Source: a virus. Taken from it: a stretch of 64,000 nt of DNA. Shown piece by piece: positions 31,958 to 40,331 of the stretch. The first letter of the stretch is position 1. Each line of letters starts with the position of its first letter. The translations under genes and the position numbers were made by a program. The stretch lies in the IMG/VR virus record IMGVR_UViG_3300045988_056900; one strand, 5' to 3'. Below the pieces are notes generated by a model. The model was not told the origin of the DNA. It worked only from the letters and a program-made list of their open reading frames with translations, and made no database searches.

Positions 31958-32344
31958 TTAATATATATCAAATGTGTAACCATTTTCAATAAATAAGCCT
32001 TTTATTTTTTCTACGTCAAGATCTTCTAGTCTACCTTCGTATACTAACTTCAAAGGAAATATTAGAGCATCTTCTTTGATATATGTATCTACTATGTCTT
32101 TAGTTGGTTTCAGTCCTAAACCAAATTCTTTTACCAGTTTTAATATCTGTAATTTGGTTGTCATATCACCAGTAATACATACTGTTGGTTCTTTAGTTTC
32201 ACTTCTACCCGTTATTAAAACAGATAAAAATGCATCAATAGCTGGTTCATTAGAAAATGTATCTAATGCTTGAGCTAGTTTTTCTTTAGTTATTTGATTA
32301 CGTTCAAATAAACTTTCAAGTACATAATTTTGAATTGAGTTCAT
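31958..32344 (-). CDS. Hypothetical protein
   Basis: 128 aa ORF. Confidence 0.65.
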   Translation of the reverse strand: MNSIQNYVLESLFERNQITKEKLAQALDTFSNEPAIDAFLSVLITGRSETKEPTVCITGDMTTKLQILKLVKEFGLGLKPTKDIVDTYIKEDALIFPLKLVYEGRLEDLDVEKIKGLFIENGYTFDIY

Positions 32345-33164
32345 ATATTATAATGTTTTAATTAGTAATCAAATAGAAATAAAGTAAGCGCATTATATCC
32401 GCCCTTATACATATGAATGCTATGCTATTCTCTTACTTTATAATTTGAGACTTCTTTATTGGTTACTTCTTGCTCAAGGAAGACCTCAACTATTTTATTT
32501 TTCTCTAGTTCCGCATTGTAATAGTTAACAGATGCGGCAACTTCATACTTAAAATGATACTTATTGTTCAGTTAGTATCAGACTGTCAAGCTCCGTACAC
32601 CTTATTTCCGGATGAAACATTTTCTCTTTGCTTGCTTAGATTAGTTACTTTAAAGAGTTGCACATCACAGCGAACCTAACTGTGACCTCTTACCACGTGG
32701 ATTATTTAACTATTAAATATCAATAATTTACTGTGCATATAAGTTAAAGATAAATAATAATTAATTACTTTGACTCTGCATTGTCCACCGACTTGTCACG
32801 GCCTTCATTGGTTGCATTAAAGTAATAATATATGTGAAATCACACTATCCTCACAGACCGTGTAATTGTTAGTTTAATTTTTCAGAAAATCTCTTGCATT
32901 TTACACCTAAAACTCTATGAGCAGCAACTCACATCTATTAGATAGTTTGCGCGCGTTTTATAATAGAGAAACCGGTGCCCTCAATGTCTTGGGAAGTTAT
33001 TGAGTTTTTTGTTTATCAAATTATATTAGTTGTTATTCCTTTTCTTTTAAATAATAGTATATAATTATACATATTATGATTATTCCTCCTGCAAATTGTA
33101 TCTGTGACCATTCCATATTAATGAAAGTTTCTATTTTAATTATGTGTTGTTATTGACAATAAAA

Positions 33165-33188
33165 AAGAAAGTCACTCCGAAGAGTGAC
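33165..33188 (-). terminator. Intrinsic terminator for the 33198..33911 gene
   Basis: Perfect 7-bp stem GTCACTC-CGAA-GAGTGAC; on the minus strand it is followed by TTTCTTTTTT. Confidence 0.8.
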
Positions 33189-33197
33189 AATCTTTTA

Positions 33198-33911
33198 TTA
33201 AACCATAGCTCCTTGTGGTTGCTGAGGTTGTTGTACGAATGCTGGTTGCTGTTGTACGGTTTGTGGTTGTACAGTAGCTTGTGCTGGTTGCTGAACTGTT
33301 GCGTCTCCCATTACATCATCCTGTGGTGCAATTACTGGTGCAGTTTGTGGTTGTACGTACTCACAGTAGTTGCTGAATTGAGCTACTCCTAATTCATTTA
33401 CACTGAATCCTGGGCGATAAACTATTTCATTGCCTAAGTCTTCGTCTCTTCCGAATATTGTAAATACACGGATAGATGTGTAAATAACTGGTGCAGAACC
33501 GTCAGCATTCATAACTCTGTGACCTGCTGGATAAGCTGGTCTGCCTTGTGGCGCTAATGCTGTTGGTTTACGTGCTGCAACTCCTACAAGATATTTCTTG
33601 TAAAAAGGTGCAGGTGCAATCCATTCAGCCCATGCTCCATTAAGATATGCTAACTCATCAGGTAATGGTTGGTCTGCTTGTGCAGTTCCTCCATTCTGTT
33701 GAGATAACAATGGTTCGTACATTCTGATGATTGTTTCATCAAATACTGGTGGTAATGAGCCAGCTGCTGCTGCCCATACTCCTGCTGTTGGTATTAATGA
33801 TGCAGTCATAAAACGACGTTTTCCGTCTGGATTAATAGTTGCGTCAATTGTACCGTCAGGTTTTTGTCCAACTTTCTTAATTTGAACATTCATTAATTTG
33901 TAACGTGCCAT
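33198..33911 (-). CDS. Phage protein with P/Q-rich C-terminal tail
   Basis: 237 aa; tail ...TVQQPAQATVQPQTVQQQPAFVQQPQQPQGAMV. Confidence 0.75.
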   Translation of the reverse strand: MARYKLMNVQIKKVGQKPDGTIDATINPDGKRRFMTASLIPTAGVWAAAAGSLPPVFDETIIRMYEPLLSQQNGGTAQADQPLPDELAYLNGAWAEWIAPAPFYKKYLVGVAARKPTALAPQGRPAYPAGHRVMNADGSAPVIYTSIRVFTIFGRDEDLGNEIVYRPGFSVNELGVAQFSNYCEYVQPQTAPVIAPQDDVMGDATVQQPAQATVQPQTVQQQPAFVQQPQQPQGAMV

Positions 33912-34184
33912 AATACATGTATTTTAATTGGTGAATAATCGAAAAGCTATATATTGGTCTGAATGACTAAATAAAGGGCGAAGAAAAGGAAGGAAAAGAG
34001 TGAGGAGGTGTATAGTATATCGTTAGGAACATGACCGAACCCCAGTAACTACATTCTCAATTCTCCATTATTCTTTCCTCTTCATGCGTCCCCAATTCTT
34101 GGTAGGTGTGCTTGACTTGCCCCTGTGCGCAGCTTTGAGCTAGCTTATACAGGTTATATTATATAATCTATCACTTACTGTGTT

Positions 34185-34547
34185 TTACCACGCTTGAGCT
34201 TGACATGCTCTATTAATTCCGGCTACATACTCGCACATTAATTCATGAGGAGAACAACCTGGATAATATACTTTATTGCCGAGTTCATCTTTACTATACC
34301 TTGCGAATACTCTGGCTGTATCACCATATGGAGTTGGTACATCTACATATTCTCCCTCAAATGTGGACACTTTTTCATCGTTAGGATTATTCATGTACAT
34401 ATCTAATACTAGCATTATTGTATTCTTATCTGTACATTTGAAACTAGCATACTCAATACCGTCTAATTTAGAACCAACTACTGTCAATTCAGCACTACCA
34501 TTATGTGTTGCCGTTAATGTCATCTGTATTACTCTATACTTTGCCAT
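34185..34547 (-). CDS. Paralog-like short version of the 33198..33911 protein
   Basis: GNKVYYPGCSPHEL.CEYV versus GNEIVYRPGFSVNEL...CEYV; both start MAxY and carry an RVF motif. Confidence 0.7.
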   Translation of the reverse strand: MAKYRVIQMTLTATHNGSAELTVVGSKLDGIEYASFKCTDKNTIMLVLDMYMNNPNDEKVSTFEGEYVDVPTPYGDTARVFARYSKDELGNKVYYPGCSPHELMCEYVAGINRACQAQAW

Positions 34548-34612
34548 AATTATATAATTTGATGTTAATAATCATAATAAAGGGCAGCCACTAAGGACTG
34601 CCCAAGACTAAT

Positions 34613-34828
34613 CTACCACAACCACAAGAATCTTGCTATGCGGATGACTAGCCCACTGAAAGCTATACCTACTCCCCACCTCCATACTGTTAACCAAGCA
34701 TGAAAGTCATATACTTCTCTTGCTACCATAATAACAGGAGTAATGCACATTACAAGAATGCCTAGGTTAATCAGTATAGTACCAGCATCTTTCAACTTCA
34801 ACAGTTTTTCACTCTGTTTCATAATCAA
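34613..34828 (-). CDS. Small membrane protein
   Basis: Two hydrophobic segments. Confidence 0.55.
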   Translation of the reverse strand: MIMKQSEKLLKLKDAGTILINLGILVMCITPVIMVAREVYDFHAWLTVWRWGVGIAFSGLVIRIARFLWLW

Positions 34829-34916
34829 TTGAATTAAATGTTAATAAATGTAAGAGTACGCAACAGCTTTTATAAGGTTGCTCCAATTAAAGGTAACAGA
34901 GGCTGAAATGTCCCTG

Positions 34917-35120
34917 TTAGCTAGGTTGTGAGGATGAGTCCTCACCACAGATAGCATCAATTAATGCGTCTGTGAATTCGTCTTCAACATACTCCATAAG
35001 TAACAAATTAAGAATACAAAATAAGCTCCAAAGAAAGCATATGCTAACCAAGGATACATACACAGTAATGCCATAATCGTAATTTTGATTTTGATAAAAC
35101 AATACGGGGACTTCCCCCAA
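34917..35120 (-). CDS. Small membrane protein, first gene of the minus block
   Basis: YVSLVSICFLWSLFCILNLLLM. Confidence 0.55.
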   Translation of the reverse strand: MGEVPVLFYQNQNYDYGITVYVSLVSICFLWSLFCILNLLLMEYVEDEFTDALIDAICGEDSSSQPS

Positions 35121-35407
35121 TTTTTGATAGGAGGGGATGACTTGGTGTACTACTCCTCACACGCACAACCCCTCTCTAAATTTTTATCCCCCAAAAATTT
35201 TTATAATATTTTTTGTTAAATAATGTTAAATTTCTGTAGTTAAATAGCTTTAAATATTGTTAATAAATGTTAAAGGAATGGGAACCAAACACATATATGA
35301 GACGTTATAAGGGGAGTAAGAGGGGTAGTAGTACTTACTAGTTACTGTAATCTAAAGTAAGAGTAATAGTTTTTAACTACTTCATACCTTTACTTTAATA
35401 GACACAT
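35121..35407. promoter_or_regulatory. Divergent intergenic region (promoter/origin candidate)
   Basis: Only divergent gene boundary in the window. AT-rich, with iterated TGTTAAAT / TGTTAATAAATGTTAA words and a poly-pyrimidine/C-run section. Confidence 0.5.
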
Positions 35408-35644
35408 ATGGAAGATATAAAATATAGATTTATTAATTTAAATAGTATATCTACAAAAGTACACAATAAACAGATACCTAAATACTTACCTTTTAATGAA
35501 GCTTATAACTTATACCAAAGAGCTAAGCATATAGGTAGAACAGATGATGGTTGGGCTCACATTGTAGAAGTAAATAATTCACATTATCATGTTACTTTAG
35601 ATAGTGGGCATGTTTATATGACAGAAATAGAAATACTAAAGTAA
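35408..35644 (+). CDS. Hypothetical small protein
   Basis: 78 aa ORF. Confidence 0.6.
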   Translation: MEDIKYRFINLNSISTKVHNKQIPKYLPFNEAYNLYQRAKHIGRTDDGWAHIVEVNNSHYHVTLDSGHVYMTEIEILK

Positions 35645-35928
35645 TGAATACAAAAGTAACTAGAAAACAAGTAGAAGAAGCTAGAAATTACTTATATAAC
35701 ATTAATACACAATTAGGTATGACACTATACGATCCAGAATTAGCAGAGATAATCAAGAATAGAGAAGTAGTAGAAATTCAAGGTAAAAGATACCATATAG
35801 AGAGTTCTCCTCTAGGTACTTGTGATGGTTGTTGCTTTATGGGTAAACAATGCCCACAGAGAGCTGTAACTTATTGCACCTCAAATGGTGGAAATATTAT
35901 AGTAGAAGCAGAACCAAATAAGAAATAA
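35644..35928 (+). CDS. Cys-containing hypothetical protein
   Basis: 94 aa; CDGCCFMGKQCPQRAVTYC. Confidence 0.65.
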   Translation: MNTKVTRKQVEEARNYLYNINTQLGMTLYDPELAEIIKNREVVEIQGKRYHIESSPLGTCDGCCFMGKQCPQRAVTYCTSNGGNIIVEAEPNKK

Positions 35929-35961
35929 TACGTTATAGTTAGAAACTAAGTAAAAAAGAAT

Positions 35962-36312
35962 ATGGAAGATAAAGTACTAGAAACAGTAGTTAATGGCATT
36001 AAGTGGGAAGTATTGAAGGATGTGTTGGTTAAACCACTGCCTGCAATTATGGTTACTAAGGAGTTTACAGAACAAGTACCTAATGGTAAAGTAGATGAAG
36101 ATGGTTTCAATGAGTATGATACTAAGACTGAAACCAAGGAAGTAGAATCTGATTGGGCTACAGGTATTGTGTTACAGATTCCTTCACACTTAACAGATGT
36201 CAAATTTAAGGTTGGTGATACAGTTGCTTATAATAAGAAGTTTGCAATGTATTTTGATCTACTAAAAGATACGCAATTGGTGAAACCTTATGACATTATT
36301 GCCGTTAAGTAA
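35962..36312 (+). CDS. Hypothetical protein, possibly co-chaperonin/OB-like
   Basis: 116 aa; GIVLQIPSHLTDVKFKVGDTVAYNKKFAMYFDL...YDIIAVK pattern. Confidence 0.6.
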   Translation: MEDKVLETVVNGIKWEVLKDVLVKPLPAIMVTKEFTEQVPNGKVDEDGFNEYDTKTETKEVESDWATGIVLQIPSHLTDVKFKVGDTVAYNKKFAMYFDLLKDTQLVKPYDIIAVK

Positions 36313-36346
36313 TATAACAATCTAATTAAATTTTTCATAATGGAGA

Positions 36347-36376
36347 AGGCTCGACTTAGGTCGGGCTTTCTTTTTA
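36347..36376 (+). terminator. Intrinsic terminator
   Basis: GCTCGAC-TTAG-GTCGGGC followed by TTTCTTTTT. Confidence 0.8.
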
Positions 36377-36446
36377 TATGTTAATTAATTGTTAACAAAT
36401 GTTAAAAGCTATTAACAATTATTCACAACTAACGTTTTATAGGCAT

Positions 36447-36530
36447 ATGGAAAAATTAATAGTAGTGGGTCTCTGCTTTTCCATGATATGGCTTGCCGTA
36501 TGGGGACTCAGTGATAAAAATAAGAAATAA
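36447..36530 (+). CDS. Single-TM microprotein (27 aa, absent from the track)
   Basis: MEKLIVVGLCFSMIWLAVWGLSDKNKK. Confidence 0.4.
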   Translation: MEKLIVVGLCFSMIWLAVWGLSDKNKK

Positions 36531-36531
36531 T

Positions 36532-36909
36532 ATGGAATATACATTTAAGAAAGATTTTGGCTTTTTCAAAGCAAATGATGTACTTACTTGGGATGAGGAT
36601 CTTAATGCTTTTACTATGGATGTAAAAGAAGATAACGGCTTCAGATCTGCTATGATTGATGCAAATACTGCTGAAGATCTGTATGAAGAAGGTCTATTGA
36701 CAAAGGTTAAACCTAATATTGATAAGATCAGTGCTACAGTTAAATTCATTGACTCTTTACTTAATCAATACGAAGATGATTACAAAGAAGTAATGCAGAA
36801 GTATAAAGAAGGTAAAGTTCAACCGTGCGTTAAAGTAGAAGCTGAAACAGTATACTTCAATCTTACTAAAGTATTAAATAAAGTTAGAGAAGAATTGACA
36901 AATGAATAA
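36532..36909 (+). CDS. Hypothetical protein
   Basis: Internal start MEYTFKKDFGFFK fits the gene spacing better than the 36493 start. Confidence 0.65.
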   Translation: MEYTFKKDFGFFKANDVLTWDEDLNAFTMDVKEDNGFRSAMIDANTAEDLYEEGLLTKVKPNIDKISATVKFIDSLLNQYEDDYKEVMQKYKEGKVQPCVKVEAETVYFNLTKVLNKVREELTNE

Positions 36910-37156
36910 ATTGGTTAAGAGTGTATCTAAAACCGATTTGTTAAAGGAATTCTTAAAAAGCCTTAATGGCATACTTGATCTAACAGATAGAGAATTGGAG
37001 TTGTTAGCAACTTTCATTGACTTAGATGTTAACACTCCAAAACTCCCCAATATCCACAAGAATGTGATATCTACTGAGAATAGAAAGTATATTAAACGTA
37101 CTCTGGGTATTACTCCAGATAACTTAAGTAGATACATATCTAAGTTTAAATCTTAG
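36902..37156 (+). CDS. Hypothetical protein
   Basis: 84 aa ORF overlapping upstream by a few nt. Confidence 0.6.
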   Translation: MNKLVKSVSKTDLLKEFLKSLNGILDLTDRELELLATFIDLDVNTPKLPNIHKNVISTENRKYIKRTLGITPDNLSRYISKFKS

Positions 37157-37165
37157 GGGATACTG

Positions 37166-37294
37166 ATGAAAGGGAAGGCCGAGGATGAAGTGTTTGTGAA
37201 TAAGGCTCTAATTCCTGAAATAATAGGTGATAGAGTACAAATCACAGTGATTCTAAAAGTAAAGAAAGATGAAGATGAGATCGTTGATGCTTGA
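37166..37294 (+). CDS. Small hypothetical protein (absent from the track)
   Basis: MKGKAEDEVFVNKALIPEIIGDRVQITVILKVKKDEDEIVDA, coupled to both neighbours. Confidence 0.45.
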   Translation: MKGKAEDEVFVNKALIPEIIGDRVQITVILKVKKDEDEIVDA

Positions 37295-37655
37295 TGCAGG
37301 TTCAATTATACTATGGAAGGAATATAATCCTATTCGTAAGTTATGGAGTAAAGTAAGAAGAAAAACGCTGCCATTTAACCGTTTTACTATAGTAGGACAA
37401 AAGACAGAATTACTTACTACTGATAAACTTGAGAATGTAGTAGTTTACGAACCGATCAGAAAGTATAACAAATTAGAGAGTAACAAACTTATGACTATTA
37501 CTTTTGGATTAGGTTCTTCAAAGGAATGGGATGAAGTAGTTACTATAATTAATATAGTACGACCTAACACACTACTTGCTACTAATAGTATTGATAAGTG
37601 TAAGTACTATAAGAGAGTAGAATGGAATGAGAAACTAGACGAGTATATATACTAA
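37269..37655 (+). CDS. Hypothetical protein
   Basis: 128 aa ORF. Confidence 0.6.
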   Translation: MKMRSLMLDAGSIILWKEYNPIRKLWSKVRRKTLPFNRFTIVGQKTELLTTDKLENVVVYEPIRKYNKLESNKLMTITFGLGSSKEWDEVVTIINIVRPNTLLATNSIDKCKYYKRVEWNEKLDEYIY

Positions 37656-37801
37656 ACTCAGTAATAAGTATAACATACCATATCAAGTAGTAGAAGTAAT
37701 ATGCAATAGTCCTTTCAAGTTTGCTAATAAAGCAATAACAGAACTTGATCCCAAACCAGTTATGATGGCTTACTTAGGTAAGTTTAAAGTAAAGAGAAGA
37801 C

Positions 37802-38263
37802 ATGAAGAAGACGCCAAGAGTAGATAGATACGACCCAATAATATACCCTCGTAAATTATGGGTAACAGGAGATGTAATTGGATTAAACAAGATCTTTAAG
37901 TTTAATAAGTTAGATAATACTAAAGAGGAATGTGCATCAGCTTATGATGAACTTGTAGAAGAATATAACACTACTAAAGATGGATGGCTTACTTGTCCTG
38001 TAACACATAAAGCAACTGGTGAATACGGAGCCTTAGTAATAATAATGGATAGCAGTATAGAAGCAGGTGGAGAAGCCCACGAAGCAGTACATGTAGCTGA
38101 TTATATATTTGACGAATTAGGAATGTATACACAGTCATTTGCAAATCATAATGAACAATACGCATACTTGGTAGGTTGGGTAGCAGGATGCATAAGTAAA
38201 ACACTAGTAAATATAAAAAGAGAATATGACACACGAAGAGAGTCTGATGATGTGGAAGCTTGA
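37802..38263 (+). CDS. HExxH-containing protein, putative zinc metallopeptidase-like
   Basis: GGEAHEAVHVADYIFDELG...HNEQYAYLVGW. Confidence 0.65.
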   Translation: MKKTPRVDRYDPIIYPRKLWVTGDVIGLNKIFKFNKLDNTKEECASAYDELVEEYNTTKDGWLTCPVTHKATGEYGALVIIMDSSIEAGGEAHEAVHVADYIFDELGMYTQSFANHNEQYAYLVGWVAGCISKTLVNIKREYDTRRESDDVEA

Positions 38264-38636
38264 GATGGAAAACTTCAATAAGAATATCGGGTTGGCTTCC
38301 AAAGATATGAAAAAGATGTACAGCATACTTGATACTGTAATTAATGAAGGTATTGTTACTTATGAAGACTTTACTAATGATATGATTGATGAACTTACTA
38401 CTCTAATGGTAGAAGAAGGGAAATCAGGAAATGGACAGAAAGATAGAGCTACTGAAATTGATATCATATGTAAACGTTTAACTGAGAAGTATGAAGCAAA
38501 ACATAAAGAAGGAAAGTCTGGAGCAGGAGATACAGAACTTTCAGCAGATAATACAGAAGTATCAGACAATGAAGAGTTACTCGAATCCGAATGTACCGAT
38601 GAGGAGAGCAATGGAGATAGTACAGAGATTAAATAA
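38226..38636 (+). CDS. Acidic hypothetical protein
   Basis: 136 aa ORF. Confidence 0.6.
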   Translation: MTHEESLMMWKLEMENFNKNIGLASKDMKKMYSILDTVINEGIVTYEDFTNDMIDELTTLMVEEGKSGNGQKDRATEIDIICKRLTEKYEAKHKEGKSGAGDTELSADNTEVSDNEELLESECTDEESNGDSTEIK

Positions 38637-38663
38637 AGAGAAGTATTTAGGTTATAGAATTGA

Positions 38664-39041
38664 TTGATTATGGTAAAATATTGCGCAAAAGTAAATAATG
38701 CTAATATCTACAAAGTAGATTTTGAGAAAGAAGAGTTCGAGTCTGTTAGTTACTTCAGTGATATTGACTATCGTTATATTATACCAGAAGATGGTATCTT
38801 AGAGATAACTGATAAGAACGGTAATAAGAAATCTATTGAAGTAAAACAGTATGATATGCTACTTAAGATGTACAGTACTACTGGTGACTATGACGATAAA
38901 GAGTTCATAGTGATAGATAATCCAGAATTGAAGGACTATTATCGTAGAAGAATTGAGAGACTGGAAGCTGATAGAAAAGCAAGAAAAGCAGTATCTGGTG
39001 AGAAAGTTTGTTGTGATTGTGAACCAGACGGAGAAAAGTGA
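38664..39041 (+). CDS. Hypothetical protein
   Basis: 125 aa ORF. Confidence 0.6.
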   Translation: MIMVKYCAKVNNANIYKVDFEKEEFESVSYFSDIDYRYIIPEDGILEITDKNGNKKSIEVKQYDMLLKMYSTTGDYDDKEFIVIDNPELKDYYRRRIERLEADRKARKAVSGEKVCCDCEPDGEK

Positions 39042-39367
39042 TGGAAAAGATTTTAATTAAAAGAGGTCGTATCGTAGTATACGATACTGACACTAACAGC
39101 ATAGGATATTGTAGCCCAACATATGTATATTGTAATGAAATGTACTCTCCACAAAAGAGTGGACAAGTAATCACGGAAACTTAGTTGATTGATGTTAATG
39201 CTGGAGATATCGTCATTCCAATATATTATTTCTCTAAGAAAGAGAATAAGGAAATGACTGAAGTAATAGTCATTACAGACAAAGTTGCTGCTTATGATCT
39301 GAATAAAGCTTTAGAGAAAATGAAGTATCACAAAGAATATAAAGAAGAAAAGAATGAATCTTGTTGA
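39041..39367 (+). CDS. Hypothetical protein, TAG-recoded
   Basis: MEKILIKRGRIVVYDTDTNSIGYCSP...VITET(TAG)LIDVNAGDIVIPIYYFSKKE... to TGA; start overlaps the upstream stop (GTGATGG). Confidence 0.65.
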
Positions 39368-39887
39368 TATAGTAGGCGGTAAAGTAGTAATTCATCCTGA
39401 CTTATACTTTGTACCAGCATTTAAAAAGCTATACGAACAAGACACTTCAGAAGATAAGATTCATCAAGAGCTTGTTATTACTTATATAGTACTTATGCAT
39501 AAGTGGAGTAGCCCATATAAGAAGAGTATGGATGCTTCTACTAGGGAAATAAGGTTAAAAGAGCAAGTATTCAACGATGTAAATTATCAGCTTACTGAAG
39601 ATGAAAAAATAGCTGAACAAGAATACATAGATTGGCAGAATACTAGAATACTAAAGATGCTAGACGCTCAAATGAACAAATTAGACTCAGTTACTAAGTG
39701 GTATGAAGAGTCATTAGATGATTGTTTGGATGAGAAGAAGATCAAGGATCTACTAGCTGGAATGGGTTCTACAGCAAATACTATTAAGAGTATAGAAGCA
39801 TTAAAATCTATGGTTCAAGCTGAGGAATTAACTATGGGTAAAGTAAAAGGGGACGCCAAGGTTAATCCTTATGAGTTGGCAGGATAA
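39354..39887 (+). CDS. Hypothetical protein, candidate small terminase subunit by position
   Basis: 177 aa helical protein just upstream of the terL region. Confidence 0.55.
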   Translation: MNLVDIVGGKVVIHPDLYFVPAFKKLYEQDTSEDKIHQELVITYIVLMHKWSSPYKKSMDASTREIRLKEQVFNDVNYQLTEDEKIAEQEYIDWQNTRILKMLDAQMNKLDSVTKWYEESLDDCLDEKKIKDLLAGMGSTANTIKSIEALKSMVQAEELTMGKVKGDAKVNPYELAG

Positions 39888-39948
39888 TACAGTAAAGAAC
39901 AACATAAAATAAACAACACGTTATAAGTGTTATAAATTTAGACTAAAT

Positions 39949-40083
39949 ATGAAAAGAATGATTATTTCGATTGATGCAACACAAGGTGCAGAAAAATTTT
40001 GGGAAGAAATTAATGAAGCACACGAAGCTATAATGAAGGCGAAAAAGCCTTCATTGTGGCAAAGAATTAAATCTTGGTTCTAA
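39949..40083 (+). CDS. Small hypothetical protein (absent from the track)
   Basis: MKRMIISIDATQGAEKFWEEINEAHEAIMKAKKPSLWQRIKSWF. Confidence 0.45.
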   Translation: MKRMIISIDATQGAEKFWEEINEAHEAIMKAKKPSLWQRIKSWF

Positions 40084-40127
40084 ACCAAAAGGTCCGACGG
40101 GGACGGACAACAAATATTCCCCGGCAC

Positions 40128-40230
40128 GGGAGAGTGGCGGAATGGTATACGGCAGTAGATTGACGGAAGCGCCCTAAAGTCGTCGTTAACAAAGCTCTTG
40201 GGTTTGAAAGTTCGAATCTTTCCTCTCCCG
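40128..40230 (+). tRNA. Atypical tRNA-like gene with long central region; identity uncertain
   Basis: GGGAGAG...CTCTCCC acceptor and GAAAG-TTCGAAT-CTTTC T-arm are perfect. The central part (about 50 nt) is too long and contains CCCTAAA without an obvious 5-bp stem. Confidence 0.5.
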
Positions 40231-40238
40231 CTTAATAT

Positions 40239-40313
40239 TGCCCTATGGTGTAATGGTTAGCACAGGAGGCTCTAACCCTCTTAGTCTGCGTTCGAGTCGT
40301 AGTAGGGCTACCA
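40239..40313 (+). tRNA. Amber-suppressor tRNA, anticodon CTA, Gln-like
   Basis: TGCCCTA-TG-GTGTAATGGTTAGCAC-A-GGAGG-CTCTAAC-CCTCT-...-CTGCG-TTCGAGT-CGTAG-TAGGGCT-A-CCA. Anticodon CTA 40272-40274, encoded CCA, weak 1:72 pair (T:T). Confidence 0.93.
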
Positions 40314-40331
40314 ATAAAGATATTAAACGGA

